DNA from: Dipteris shenzhenensis
Lineage: Eukaryota
DNA length: 64,000 bases
Direction: 5' to 3' (one strand)
Assembly: GCA_047967505.1 (NCBI GenBank)
Contig: CM106538.1
Below are positions 1-12,700 of this stretch, piece after piece; positions within the stretch are counted from its first letter, which is position 1, and every line of letters begins with the position of its first letter. A program made the position numbers and the translations under genes. A model generated the notes under the pieces. That model did no database searches, was not told the origin of the DNA, and saw nothing but the letters and a program-made list of their open reading frames with translations.

Positions 1-1905
1 GAGGATATAGGCTATACCAACCCAATATTGGGAAGATTATTGTGAGTAGAGATGTAATCTTTGCTGAACATTCGGCTTCTTCTCTTGTGGACTGCAAAGC
101 TAAACCATTCGGCTTCTTCTCTTGTGGACTGCAAAGCTAAACCAGAAGTTGACATGTTTAATGCCTTTGAATCTTGGTTACCTCTGCCATCCTCAGAAGA
201 GGCCTTTGATCAACAGCATGAGCCTCCTGCAGGCCCTCCAACAAGCAATGATCAGCCAGTACCCCATGCTGATTTGCAGGTTTCTCTTCCAGCACAAAAT
301 GATCCCACTATTCATGATGTAGTGATTGAAGAAAGAGCTGTCAATAGACAGGAAAGGCAAGTTCCCAGATGGCTTCTTGATACATTGAGGGACGCAAACA
401 AGATCAGCCTTTTGCTGCCCGGACAAGGTCAGGGAATAGACAGATGCATGGTCACTTTCTTGAGTTTGCACTCCTTGCTACAGCTTGCAATGAAGAGCCT
501 TTGTGTCATAAAGATGCTTTTGACAGCAAAGAGTGGATGGATGCAATGAGAGCTGAGTTACAATCCATTGCAAAAAATGACACATGGGAATTAGTAGATC
601 TCCCTCCCGGCAAGCATGCCATTGGTACGCAGTGGGTCTACAAATTAAAAAGGAAATCTGATGGCAGTATAGATCGACACAAAGCCTGTCTTGTTGCAAA
701 AGGGTATGCCCAACAACAAGGCATTGATTTTGAGGAGACATTTGCTCCCACATCCAGGATTACTAAGAAAAGAAAGAGTATCCCAAGGTTGAAAAGAAAG
801 GGTTTCAGTCTCAGAAGCCGAGGGTACTCAGTTTTCAAAGTCATATAAAGGCAAATCCCCATTCACTCCTGAACAGATAGCTGAATTCCGCAGAGATGGG
901 AAATGCTTTAGATGTGGGAAAGAGGGGCATATGGCTGCCCAGTGACCTGAGAAGCCTTCAGGTTCTAAGGAGCAGAAAAAGCCACAAGTACCACTGAGGC
1001 CAATGGTGGGAGCAGTCCCAGATGTTTTGGGTAGTACCTCAGACCCAAAGGAAAAAGAGCTTTTGCTATCATGGGGAAAGATAAGAGATCAGCAAGCATT
1101 AATCCTATTTGATCCACGGTCTACAGACAATTCCATTAGATGTGTCATTGCCATTGCAGCCCATCACCATTGGCAAGTGCACCAACTTGACATCAAGACT
1201 GCTTTTCTTCACGGGGATCTACAGGAAGAAGTCTATGTCACACAACCTCTTGGCTTTGAGGTTGTTAATTCTGAAAACAAGGTATGCTAGCTTAGAAAAG
1301 CCCCTTATGGTTTGAAGCAGGCACCCAGGGCATTGGTATGCCAAAATTCATGCACACTTACTATCCCTTGGTTTTCAGAATAGCCCCATAGAACCCACTC
1401 TTTATGTCCGTGGGAGTGGATTTGATTTTTTCGTGCTGATTTTGTATGTGGATGATATGCTCATCACGGGCCCAGATACTCAGCAATTTGCAGCTTTCAA
1501 GGCTGATTTGCAGCAGGTTTTTGAAATGTCAGACATGGGACAGCTCCACTAATATTTAGGCATTCAGTTTGCTCATGTTGAGGGGGGTATCATGATGTCA
1601 CAGTCCAAGTATATTGGACAGCTCCTTGATCGTTTTCAGTTCGAGGATGGCAAGCCAATCTCTACTCCAGTGGACCCTGGCTTCAAATTTTCAGCTCATG
1701 ATGGGAGCCCGCCCACCATGTGATATCATTCTTTATCAGCAGGCTGTTGGATGTCTCATTTACTTATGTCACACTAGACCTGACTTCGAGTATGCAGTAT
1801 CTCAGCTCAGCAGATTCATGCACATGCCCAGTTCACAGCATTGGTAGGCAGTGAAGAGAGTCTTCAGATATCTCAGAGGCACTCATGATTTAGCCCTCTT
1901 CTATG
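1..1905 (+). mobile_element. Degenerate Ty1/Copia pol fragment (integrase C-terminus to RT), interrupted by a Gypsy fragment
   Basis: WMDAMRAELQSIAKNDTWELVDLPPGKHAIG, LVAKGYAQQQGIDFEETFAP, HQLDIKTAFLHGDL, YVDD, TRPD; multiple stops and frameshifts. Confidence 0.9.
766..1132 (+). mobile_element. Ty3/Gypsy gag zinc-knuckle/protease fragment inserted into the Copia RT
   Basis: CFRCGKEGHMAAQ knuckle and WGKIRDQQALILFDPRSTDN protease-like motif (similar to WGKIRNQNCLFFFDSGAKAN at ~22610). The Copia frame TSRIT|TIRCVIA rejoins across it. Confidence 0.75.
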
Positions 1906-1959
1906 GTGACCAGGGTAACACTCAAGAAATGAACGAAAATTTCTCAAGAATGACAGAAA

Positions 1960-4000
1960 TTTTCTCTTAATGAAAGAGAATGACATTCTCAAATGTGGCT
2001 GTAGTATCCGGAGCAGCCACTTGAAAATGCAAGTAAAAAAGGCATAGTCTTCTTCCACGAAGTTCGCTGAAGCATCACCACCATCATGTGCATGAGAGCT
2101 GAATCGGAGACGGCCATGCTTGAATCCTTTTTCTTTCCCTTGGCAATTCTTTTCTTTCATTCTCCTATGTAGTGACCTGCCTTCTTGCAATAATGACGAA
2201 TGCCCTTTTTTTTGGGCTTCTCTGCATCACTCTTAGTCTTGTGAGAAGGCCGTCCAGATTCTGCTTTATGCTGATGTGTAGGCTGATTTGCGTGCCGCTT
2301 ATGCTGCTCCTTCCCTTTGGGCTTGAATTTCAAAAGCATGACATGCTCACCAGCCCGTGAAGCCATGTTCTTCCTGGTTTGCTCTTCTTGCAACAGAAGT
2401 CCTATCAGCTCGTGAAAAGTGAGAGGGTTGCCGCCCCCCCTCAATGACAAATTCAGCGAGAGCTGAAATCTGAGATATGACTTAGAAAGAGAATTCAGAG
2501 TAGTAGTTATCATCTCTGCATCAGGAATAATCTCATCTATATTCAACAATTGCTTCCTCAAGTCCTGAAGCTTGGTGAGTGATTAGACATTGAGTCACCC
2601 GCATCCATGTGAGTGTGCGATAACTCTCTCTTCAGGAAAGAGACCCTGGCATCATTGTGGGCTGCAATGCAAACATACTCTCCAAAATATCCCATGTTGC
2701 CTTTGAGGTCCTGCATGACCGAATGTGTGGAATAATAAACCTTTTGACAAAAAGAGAAATTACTGAAAGTGCTTGTGCATCACGTGAATCCCCACCTTTT
2801 CTGTTTCTGTGTGGGAGGCACAATTGCAGCAACCACTGCACCTAGGACTTGTCCTGCACCTTGAGCTTGTCCTCTACCCCTTCCTCCACCTTGTTGAGGA
2901 GGAGTGGCAGGTGCAACCACATTCTCTGGCCTTGTCTTATCCGAAGTGACATAATCCCACAAATGTTTGCCAACTAAAAGATTGCGTACCATAAACTCCA
3001 TAAAGAGTAATTGGTACCATCCAACTTATCCTCCTGTGTGAGGACGCCAAACACTTCATTGGGATTGTTCTGAGCCATAATTGCCAAAGAAAACAAAATG
3101 CAGCAAATGTGACAAGAAATATCCCTTCGTGGGATTTAGAGGTGCACAACACAAATCCCTTCCGGGATATAGATGCAAGCTGGCAATTGCTCAAAAAATC
3201 AGCCAATCAAAGGCTCCAAATGCAACAGCCCAAAAGCACAAACCCAACTGAAATTCTGCCAAATGTGCCTGCAAAACACCTGCAAAGTGTCCAAAAGCCC
3301 CAAATCTTGCAAAATTGGTGTCCAAGACTAAAAGCCCCAATTTGCAGGGTGAAATTGGGCTGAAATTTGGGCAAATATAGGAAATTTTTCAAAATACCCA
3401 ATACTCAAATCTGCCCCCAAAAATTGCTTGATCCAAGCGAAACACTGGCCCAAATGCAAAGTACTTCTGCCCCAAAAAATCAGCCAAGCACTGGCTCACT
3501 GCATTGTAGCAATTTCTTGTCAAAACTGCTTGCAAATTTCTCCTACAAAAAAATGGCACCTGTGCAATGCACATAGCAATGCTCACACAAATGTGCATGG
3601 GTTGGACCTGTAGAAAGAGAGTAGGGCTGTACGGCGAGCAGTATGAACTGTACGGCAATCTGTTGTCTAGTTGTACGGACGAGCGAAGGCAAGCTGTACG
3701 GGTAGGCACCGGTGTACGAACGCATCCGACAGGGAGCATGTACGGAGAGTAGCGGAGCAAGTACGGACAACTGCCTTCAGTTGTACGGCGGGTGAGCTGA
3801 TGACGTACGGGCATGTATGGAAGATTGCATAGGTGTGTATGGAAGGATTTCGTATAGTGTATGGACGGGTAGTGGGCAGATACAGAGAAGGCACGGGTCA
3901 ATGTAGGTTGGCGTACGGACAACGGTGGGAGAACGTACGGTCGCCGTACGGCATTGTTGCAAATGAGTGTATGGATGAAGCAGCACACTGTTTCATGTTT
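1960..4000 (-). mobile_element. 5' part of a Copia element (leader, gag, zinc knuckle), same family as 9794-15733
   Basis: Minus-strand VRNLLVGKHLWDYV, FIIPHIRSCRTSKATWDILESM, ELIGLLLQEEQTR, HYCKKAGHYIGE; GTACG-rich leader. Confidence 0.85.
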
Positions 4001-4054
4001 CTTGTTTAAAACATTTTTTGCACTCAGGTGACTCACCATTTGAGGGCATTGTTT

Positions 4055-4500
4055 TGTTTTAGGAGATGGAGGAAAATGCAATGCGCAAACCACCAAGAAC
4101 TTGGACCAAGGATCAATGTAAGTATGCAATCGAAAGATGCCCACGGTGTTGGTTGCATGACATGGTTTACCTCTATTTGAGATGACCTGGGAATTTGTGT
4201 ACCATATGTGGGGAGCATGCCTAGATTTCATCATCGAGGACGCTTATCTTGAAGAGGGAAGGAGTTGAGCTAATCTGACCTTGGAAGGGTCAGTTGGTAA
4301 GGATGATTTGCGTGACTAGGTGGGTCTAAAGGCCTAAGGTCAAATGGTTTAAAGGAATCCCAAGAAGGGGTAAAAAGGAATATCTAAGTGTGGCCTTACA
4401 AAATGGACATGTGGCAATCCAACGAGGGGCTGAGACTTGAGTAGAAGGGAGTGGGAGGGGAGGGGGCTGAGTGGAAGGGGGTGGAGAGTGGAAAAACCCA
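4055..4500 (+). mobile_element. 3' end of a chromovirus Gypsy (decayed chromodomain, PPT, start of LTR), related to 49798-55679
   Basis: 4062-4262 aligns by eye with 55020-55220 (cccacggtgttggttgcatg...catcgagga...gaagagggaagga PPT). Confidence 0.7.
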
Positions 4501-5289
4501 CTAATAAGCCCCGTTGCAGCAAAAAGCCGTTCCCTGCGCAGTCCCAAAACGGGAATGCCTGTTCCTAGGGATGGAACGCGTTCCTGGAACGTTCCCCAGG
4601 CGTTCCGAGTATTGGGAACGTTCTCGGTAGGCCCTCCACCTAGGAACGGCATTCCCACGTTCTAGGAAAACGGAACGCTGTTCCCTGGTAACTGTGGTTA
4701 GTCTTTCTGCTGCGCATACCCTCTGTTTTCTAACAACTCTAATCCTAATCCACCTGCTGCTGGCCGACCAAGTTTGGCTCTCTGCCGACCTGATCTGACC
4801 CTTCCTTAAGTCCTGGCCCACTCTTTCATGTGGCAGCCAGCCATTTGCTAATCTCTTCTGGAGGTATGCAGACCTGTTTGCAGCAATGCTGACTGGCAGT
4901 CAGCCTTTCTGCTGTCTACAAGCCTATTTCCATGGACCTCTGCTCACTGGAACTGCTGTGAAGTTCTCCAGCCCACAGGTCCTTGTGCTGCTGTCCTGTC
5001 CCAGCCCAATAAACACTTGGCTGGGCTATACACAGCCCCACAACCAGCCCCGACATTGGGCCTACTGTCAGCCATATCTGCTGACCGGGGTGGGCTCATT
5101 GGCTGCCCTAAACTGAACACAAAAAGCAGGACGCACGTGGCTGCCTGTATGCTACCCACGTGGCAGTCCTTCCAGTCCCTCTCCACATGCCCAGATAGCA
5201 CAATGCATAACCTTACTCCTACAGATATCAAGCCCCTGAGCTATCCTCATTTGGGGGTTTGTAGGTGGAGCATTCGACCCTATCTATTT

Positions 5290-5407
5290 AACATAGACCT
5301 CTGATTTTTTCTTGGACTTGTTCTTCATCTTTAAATCATCCCTCTTATTTTTGTAGTCCCTCGCATAATCTCCTGGCTGGTCACAGTAGAAGCATTTGTT
5401 CATTTTC

Positions 5408-5445
<38 letters not shown>
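5290..5445 (-). mobile_element. Degenerate gag zinc-knuckle remnant next to a (CT)n microsatellite (5412-5441)
   Basis: Minus-strand KCFYCDQPGDYARDYK; about 15 CT repeats. Confidence 0.5.
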
Positions 5446-5887
5446 TTCCCTTATCTTTTTTAATTTAGGATAATATACATTTGTAAGGAAAGGCATCTTT
5501 ACAAGCCTATAATTTTTTTGTTTGTTAACACCACTTCAATCAACCTCTCAACATGCATTTCGTTTTTTTGAATAAGAGTATGTTCAATGCCTTATGATTT
5601 ATTTGAACTGACTTCTTTTAATTGATTCAATAAGCTTGTAATCAACCTTGCTAAATCTGTTGCTCTTTATAAAATCTTTCATCTTTAATGAATTTCAAAC
5701 TTTGATCATGTTCCATTTTTATGATCTCATGATTTTGACACTTTCATATTCTCTTCTATGTATGCAAATGCAATTATTATTATTTGTTTGTCTTGCATTG
5801 TTGCTTCGATCTACACATCTTTAGAACCCTTTTGTTGGCTGTCTATTTTTTCAAAAATATTGAAATAGCATAAGGTGGATTGTTCAG

Positions 5888-5962
5888 AACTTCCTCCGTG
5901 GAGCACTAGCTCCACCATGTACAATTACAATAGAATTTTCTGATGCTGAAACACGACCTCAG
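5888..5962 (+). CDS. VPS26: VPS26 (retromer subunit) internal coding exon, N-terminal part
   Basis: ttcAG|AAC...CCTCAG|GTatcc; 75 nt, phase 0; translates NFLRGALAPPCTITIEFSDAETRPQ, matching the plant VPS26 N-terminus as I recall it (NYLLGAFKPACNISITFTDGKNRKQ). The ATG exon was not identified in the window. Confidence 0.85.
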
Positions 5963-7479
5963 GTATCCGTCTAGACTTTCATATATTAAAATTATTAAAA
6001 TTGCTACACCCAACACATTGTGTAGGATATAATTTCTATTGCATTTGAGAAATACATTAATAAATTCTACATATCTTGGTATGTGAACTGTAAAGCGATG
6101 CTGTATTTTTGGCTTGTAGGGCCATGCTGGGCAGGTTGTTTATGTGCTGTGGCCCCAAATACCTTGAAACTGTGTAACGATCATTATAAAACATACAAGT
6201 ACTTTCATAATGTTTAATCTTGTATGCCTTTTTGGCATCTTTTTTCTCACCGCCAGTTTCCTTTCTGCATACCAGTTGGATTTATAGATGTCTTTAGCTC
6301 TCTTTTACCATTTGGCAGTCCTTGAGGGCACAACAACAAATTTTCGACCATGTTCTTTCGGAATTTCGGACAGGCTTGTGGTCCAACCACGGCTGAAAAA
6401 CAGTCTCTTATTTCTTTTCACTGAAAGCAAACTGCCCATAGGCCCTTAGCTAAAGAAGATGGATAGGGATGGTACATGCCAATGTTGCTTGGGTACCCTG
6501 CAAGAGACAATGTAGCATGGCCTATGAAGGTGTTTGACGGTCCAATGGATTTGGAAGGCACATGCCCAGGATCAGGGCACATTTGCTTAGTGAGCCTTGT
6601 GTGTTTAGCTACTAGACAATAAAGACAAGGATGGCTGCATAGAAGCCCTCAAGAAAAAGTTTGAGTTTGAGAAAAATGTCAAATGTAAGTAGTTTTTCTA
6701 TGCATATATAGCTGAGGCTAAGTCAGTAGATGGCTCTAGAATGTTTGTGTGTGCTATTTTTTGCTGCTGCTAGACAGCACAATCCATTATAAAGATGTAT
6801 TTTCATGCTGGGCTGCCATGTGGCAATCTAGGAATAATCCTATAAACATAAGTGTGCTTGCTTTTGCTCGGTTTGGCCCTATAAAAGTACCAGGCGTCTT
6901 TTGTAACATCATCTCCGCAAATTAAAGATTTGTTCAGAGATGGTTAGCACATGTTTGAGCCTAAGTTGCATTAATTTGCTCGAATTTTTTTTTTCGATTC
7001 AAAAAAACGCGAAAAATCGCGATTTTTACAAATTCGAATACGTTCCTTCGATTTTGCATATAATCTCATTGTTTGTCAATTTTTCTTATCTCACGCTTGG
7101 TTCCTCAGCCGAGCATAAGAGATCTAAAAAGGAAAAGAAGGAGTTGTATGCGAGGGGATGGATGGGAGAATATGTCAAGCGATGGGAGAGCGCATATGCT
7201 CGTATCCATCTCGTCTGCTTTTGTATTGAAATCTAGAGCCTTGTGGGCTACAAGTGATGTTGTGTTGTAATTATTGAGATTGTGGATGATTTTTAGAGAC
7301 AATCTTGTGACTTGCAAATACTTTCAAGGCAACATCGAAGGGAACATCAGAAAGTTGAAAAGAATAATCGAATATGCGCAATTGAAGTTTATATTTTCAA
7401 GTCTCAAGGGTTGATCTAGCTATTATGTGTACTAATTCACGTCGATATATTTTAAAATTTCTGCATTAACTTTACAAGT

Positions 7480-7862
7480 CCACCTAATCCATTGAAAACC
7501 ACGTAAATCACTTATACCACTTAGTTCACTTAAATCACTTAAATCACTTAGTCCACTTAAGTCACTTATACCCCTTCATTCACTTAGATTACTTAAATCC
7601 ATAGAAAATTACTTAAATTAATTATACCACTTAGTTCGCTTAGATTGCGTTAATCACTTAAGTTACTTAAATCACCTAGTTCACTTAGATCACTTACACC
7701 ACTTAAATCACTTAGTACACTTAAATCACTTATACCACTTAATTCACTTAGATCACTTAACTTACTTAGTCCACTTAAATCACTTAAGTTACTTAAATCA
7801 TCTAGTCTACTTAGATCACTTATACCACTTAAATCACTTAGTCCACTTAACTCACTTATATG
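7480..7862. repeat. 9-bp-period minisatellite (CACTTAnnn)
   Basis: Runs of cacttaaat/cacttagtc/cacttatac/cacttagat; they produce the repetitive SDLSGLSDLS translation. Confidence 0.9.
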
Positions 7863-7927
7863 ACTTGAACCATCGTTGCAGAAGAAGAGTATTATAAAGT
7901 TATATATGAAGTTTACAATGTACATAA

Positions 7928-8827
7928 TTATGCAGTAGGATCCACATCTACCGTTCCCTGAGTGCTTGGTCCTGCACCCTGCGAATCTATATTAGTGAGG
8001 TCCTCAAAATAAAAAATATCGGTATCCTCAGTTGCATCCAAATCTCCAAAGGACTGTCTGTAGCGTGCAAGCTCAGACTCCAATGTTTGTACACCTGCTT
8101 GTAGGTCCTCGATCTCTTTGGCTTGTGATGCAACGCGATCTTGTAACTTCTCAGCAAGTAACACCTTCTTGACGGAGAGGTATGGCAGATGTGGCCAAGT
8201 CAACAAGATCACTGTGTGCCTCGGGAGTTAACACACGAGGTCTCTGAGACACGGGCTCTCTGTTCTCTGTCCTTGCTCGCTTGCGCTTTGCAGGATGTTC
8301 CTATGCTGTTTCTGACAAGTGATGCTTGTCATTCCAATCCACACGTCGATGCAAGCGTCGTAGACATACACCTGTTGGATGAAATACATGGGTATTTGTT
8401 GGTTATTGGGAATGCTTCCTTCCACCTCTATGAATCGTTGGAGAAGGATGTGGGCTAGGGTTTTGTGCTGCAAATATGACAGCTTGGGCTGTGCATATTT
8501 ATTCCTAGCACTTCCTGAACGAAGAAACAAGGTGTTTCTCACGAACTCTGATGGGCATAGTCTCTGTACTTGTTGAAGAGAGACCGGGTCGCCTTACATG
8601 GTATCATCATCCACTGGACCAGCAGCAAAAATACCTAGTCCCTCTCTGCCCAACATCTCTCTTTGCGCTTGTAAGATAGCCTGAGCCTCAGCGTGATTTA
8701 GCTGGTCTGCTAAATCAGCCTCTTGAGACACAAAAGCATCGTGTGGGCCCTCTTGGATTGGAGGTTGCTCTGGTTGGGGAGGATCTTGTGGGAGAATATT
8801 CTCTAAGTTCTCTCCCTCCATGCTCAT
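7928..8827 (-). pseudogene. hAT cargo ORF-B copy 1: unknown ~295-aa protein with C-terminal coiled coil
   Basis: Pieces 8594-8875, 8228-8542 and 7928-8212 join via one stop and frameshifts (MSMEGENLENILPQDPPQ...LQDRVASQAKEIEDLQAGVQTLESELARYRQ). A near-identical inverted copy lies at 27941-28781. Confidence 0.7.
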
Positions 8828-9262
8828 ACTTAGCCTAAAAAGTGACAACAAGATAAAATTAATTTGTAACCACAAATAATATTAAGTATTTAAACAATAT
8901 TAAACAATTAAATAATATTAAACCTATACAAACATATTTAAATATTTATTGTCGCATCATTTATCATATTTTAAAATTGGACCATCATTTTTATCGCAAC
9001 ATTCAGCTATACAAATAATATTTAAACATTAATTATTGCATCATTTATCATATTTGACAATTGGATCATCATTTTTATCGCATCATTTACTTATACAAAC
9101 AATATTTAAAACATTACTTATCGCATCATTTATCATGTCACTGTAAATATACAAACTGTTCGAACAATGGAGTGGATCCAAACTTGGATGATATATAAAA
9201 CTAAAAATGTTACAAGTTCCATGATCGGTCACTCATGTTACATCCCGGCGTCCAAGAAAGAC

Positions 9263-9793
9263 TCAGTCATTGGCTGGTCTAAGTCCTTGGTTTGGACTGA
9301 GTTGTATACCACATCTTGGAGCAATGTCAGAAATCCCACAAAAATCTGCAGTACTTGGATGTCTATTCGGTTCGGTTGACTTTCCCTGAACCGCAAATCG
9401 TCGTAAACGCCCGATAAGAGCTTCTGCGGGCCCCGTACTTGGCGATTTTCAAGATGTGATGAGACATGGCATACACATCATGTGCAACATCGAAAGGTGG
9501 GGGATTGGTGCAAAGGCACTCTGGAGCAACGTGACGAAATCTAGCAATGGAGCTTCGCACAGTGTTGGGGCTGTCACTGAGTAATGCGGGATAGTGCGTT
9601 CTAGTGCTGCATGGGGTCATCATTCCCCAATCAGAAATGCCCAGATACACCTCCTCGGATGACTCCAAGAAGTGTAGCATAATGTTTTGTGCATGCAAAT
9701 CATTATGTAGGACATTGTGTTGGTGCATGTACTGAATAGTGCGAACTAGTGCACTTAAAATATCAAATACATGCTGACGGACCCGTGGAGCTC
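9263..9793 (-). pseudogene. Cargo protein kinase copy 1, C-lobe
   Basis: YMHQHNVLHNDLHAQNIML, GISDWG, RHVAPE, DVYAMS; continues in frame from 15739 once the Copia and one TSD are removed. Confidence 0.85.
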
Positions 9794-12700
9794 TGTTAGA
9801 ATTATTGTTATAATTTAGCAGTGACCAATGTAATGTAATAAGTAGGTTAGGGGCACTTTTTCCTCATTTTAGAGGTTTTTCCCCCTAACCACAGCTAGTT
9901 CACTAACTACGGTTAGTAAAGGATAAGGTTTTGTCACTTAGACAAAACCTATCCCACTCTTCAGTTGTACTACACTCTTCTATTGCAACTATTGCTTTTA
10001 GCTCTCACTCTCCTACTCTCTTGCTCTCTTGCTCTCACACTCTGCTCTCTCTCCCTCTCCAACTCACATTTGGTATCAGAGCGGTGCTCCTTCCCGGACG
10101 TGCTCTCAGCTCCTTGCCCAAGCTCCTCCTGCAAGTCGAGCTGCCCAAGCTTCTGCTGTTGGATTGTCCCTACAGCCCGTCGCCCATATAATCATACAAC
10201 CGTGCATCGTCGTACAGCCCGTCGCCCGTACAACCGTACATCGTCGTATAGCCCATCGCCCGTACCTTCGCCGTACAGCCATACTGTTTCGTACAGCTGC
10301 CGTACGCTTGTCCGTACCTGCACGCGTTGATAGCGCCATGCGTACGCCCAGTCACTGCTTCAGCCCCTTGCTACGCACGTGATTCGTACAGCAGGCCGAC
10401 TTGTTGTAATTGTTTGTACGTACAAACTTCCAACAGCGCTAGCCAATAGGTCGTTCGTACAGACATTGTTCTGTATAGCTGTCGTACACAGCAGCCCATA
10501 CACAGGAGGGTACCTGTCCATACAACAAGGTTGTACATTCCGTACAGTTTCGTACTTTTGTACAAAGTGTGTCGCCAGCCTTCGTGTGCATTCAAGGTCT
10601 TCCTACAGGTACATTTTGCAGGGAGCTACTGGTTGGTAAATCAAATTTGAGGCAGATTTTTGCTTTGCAGGCCATTTTGTGGGCAGTTTGAACACATTTT
10701 GTGTATTGGGAATTTTGTCAAATTTGGGGCTTTTGCATTTGTTGCAGAGAATTGCAAAAATTTGGGGCTTTTGCAGGCAGAGTGCAATTTGTGCAACATT
10801 TGGGGCTTTTAGACCATTTGCCCCTTTCTAGTTGCAATTTCAAGCCACAAATTGGGGCTTTTGTGTTGGGAGAGCAATTTTGCAGGTTTCAGTTTACACT
10901 GCCTTTCTGTAAGTGTTTTAAAGCACTTTTGGCAGGTTTTGGGAGAGATTGGATGCTCTGGCAGATTTCTGACAGAGACATTACAGAGATTTGAGTTGCA
11001 TTTTCAGCTAGTGCTTGGCTGTATTTTTTGGGACTTGTGCACTCCATTCCCAGCAAGGGAATTCAGATTTGCATTTGCTGTATTTTCTTTCTCAGACATG
11101 GCCCAACAAAATCAGAATGATTTCCAGTTCAGTGGTCTCTCACAAGAGGATAAGCTGGATGGTACCAACTACTCCCTCTGGAGTTTTATTGTACGCAACA
11201 TTCTGATTTCCCGTAATTTGTGGGACTATGTAAATGGGGATGAGATCCAGCCAGCAAATGTGGCACCTAATACCCCTCCCTAGCAAGGAGGAGGCAGAGG
11301 TCGTGCATAGGGTACAGCTGTAGGACAAGTTATTGGTGCAGTTATACCTACCACTCCAGAGCAAAAGAGATGGGATTCATGTGATGCTTTAGCTTTGTCG
11401 TGTATTTCTCTTTCAGTGAAAAGATTCATCATTCCGCATATCCGGTCGTGTAAGACCTCAAAGGCAGCATGGGATATTTTGGAGAGCATGTATGCAGCTC
11501 GGAATGATGCCAGGGTGTCTTTTTTGAAAAGAGAATTGTCTCATACACATATAGAAGAGGGTGACTCCATGTCAGTGCACCTCACAAAGCTACAAGATTT
11601 ACGAGAGCAATTGCTGAATATCAATGAGATCATTCCTGATTCAGAGATAATTACCACCACTCTGAATTCTCTTCCTGAGTCTTATCTCAGCTTTCATACC
11701 TCGCTGAATTTGTCATTGAGGGGGCGTGCAAATCCTCTCAATTTTCAGGAGTTGATAGGACTTCTGTTGCAGGAAGAGCAGACCCAGGAAAAACATGGCT
11801 CACGAGCAGGTGAACATGCCATGCTTTCAAAATTCAAGCCTAAAGTAAAGGGACAAGCAAAGACATCAGCAAATCAGCCTTCCAGTGGTTCAGGAAGCCT
11901 TCTCAAAAGGCTAAGGGTGATGCAGGTAAGCCCAAGAAGAAGGGAATATGCCATTACTGCAAAAAGCCAGGTCACTACATTGGAGAATGCAAGAAGAGGC
12001 TTGCAAAAGAAAAGAAAAACAGCTCCGGTATGGCTGTTTCAGATTCAGCTCCTCATGCATCTGACAATGAGCAAGCTACAGCTAACTTTGTGGAGCACAA
12101 CTATGCCTTCTTGTCTTGCATTTCAGACTCTCAACTGGCTGCTCCGGATATTACAGCCACTTGTAATGATGACTCTTATGCTTTTCTGACATGCAGTTAC
12201 AATTCTTCCTAGGATGCATCAGCTTTCAGTGTCAATGAGACAAAATACATGGTATTTTGATAGCGGTTCCTCAAAGCATATCACTTCCAGGAAGTGTCTT
12301 TTCACATCTCTGCATCCACCTCCCGTTGGTAAAAAGGTCACATGTGCCAACAAGTCCTCCTATTCAGTTCGTGGTACAAGACAAGTTGAACTTACAGCCA
12401 TTGATGGCTCAACTTTCAAAATTTCTGATGTCTTGTATGTGCCTGGTATCACAAAAAATCTACTTTCAGTGTCCACTCTTAACAGAGCTGGATTTTTTGA
12501 AGATGACAAGTGTGCAGTCCATGACAGAGAGCATGACTATGCTTTGAGATTGTCTAGCACTTTGTTACGTGGTCTTTTTCAGCTTGACATGAATGAGAAA
12601 AGACTAGCACATGCTCTTGCAGTTTCCACTCCTACTGCTGCTATGTAGAATGCGGAGTTATGGCATGCCATATATGGACACATGCATTATGGCAGCTTGA

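Noticed and set aside
3389-4234. 281-aa minus-strand ORF
   Set aside because: It spans the Copia leader and a Gypsy remnant junction and has no recognisable domain.
4700-5280. Candidate location of the VPS26 ATG or 5'UTR exon
   Set aside because: No convincing ATG|GT junction; the region more likely belongs to the upstream LTR remnant.
6600-6690. Possible exon ending at aaat|GTAAGT
   Set aside because: Good donor-like motif, but no VPS26-compatible translation; the flanking exons already join in frame without it.
7650-7925. 91-aa ORF with SDLSGLSDLS repeats resembling an LRR or ice-nucleation-type protein
   Set aside because: It is the translation of a 9-bp minisatellite, and the array is absent from the sister arm.
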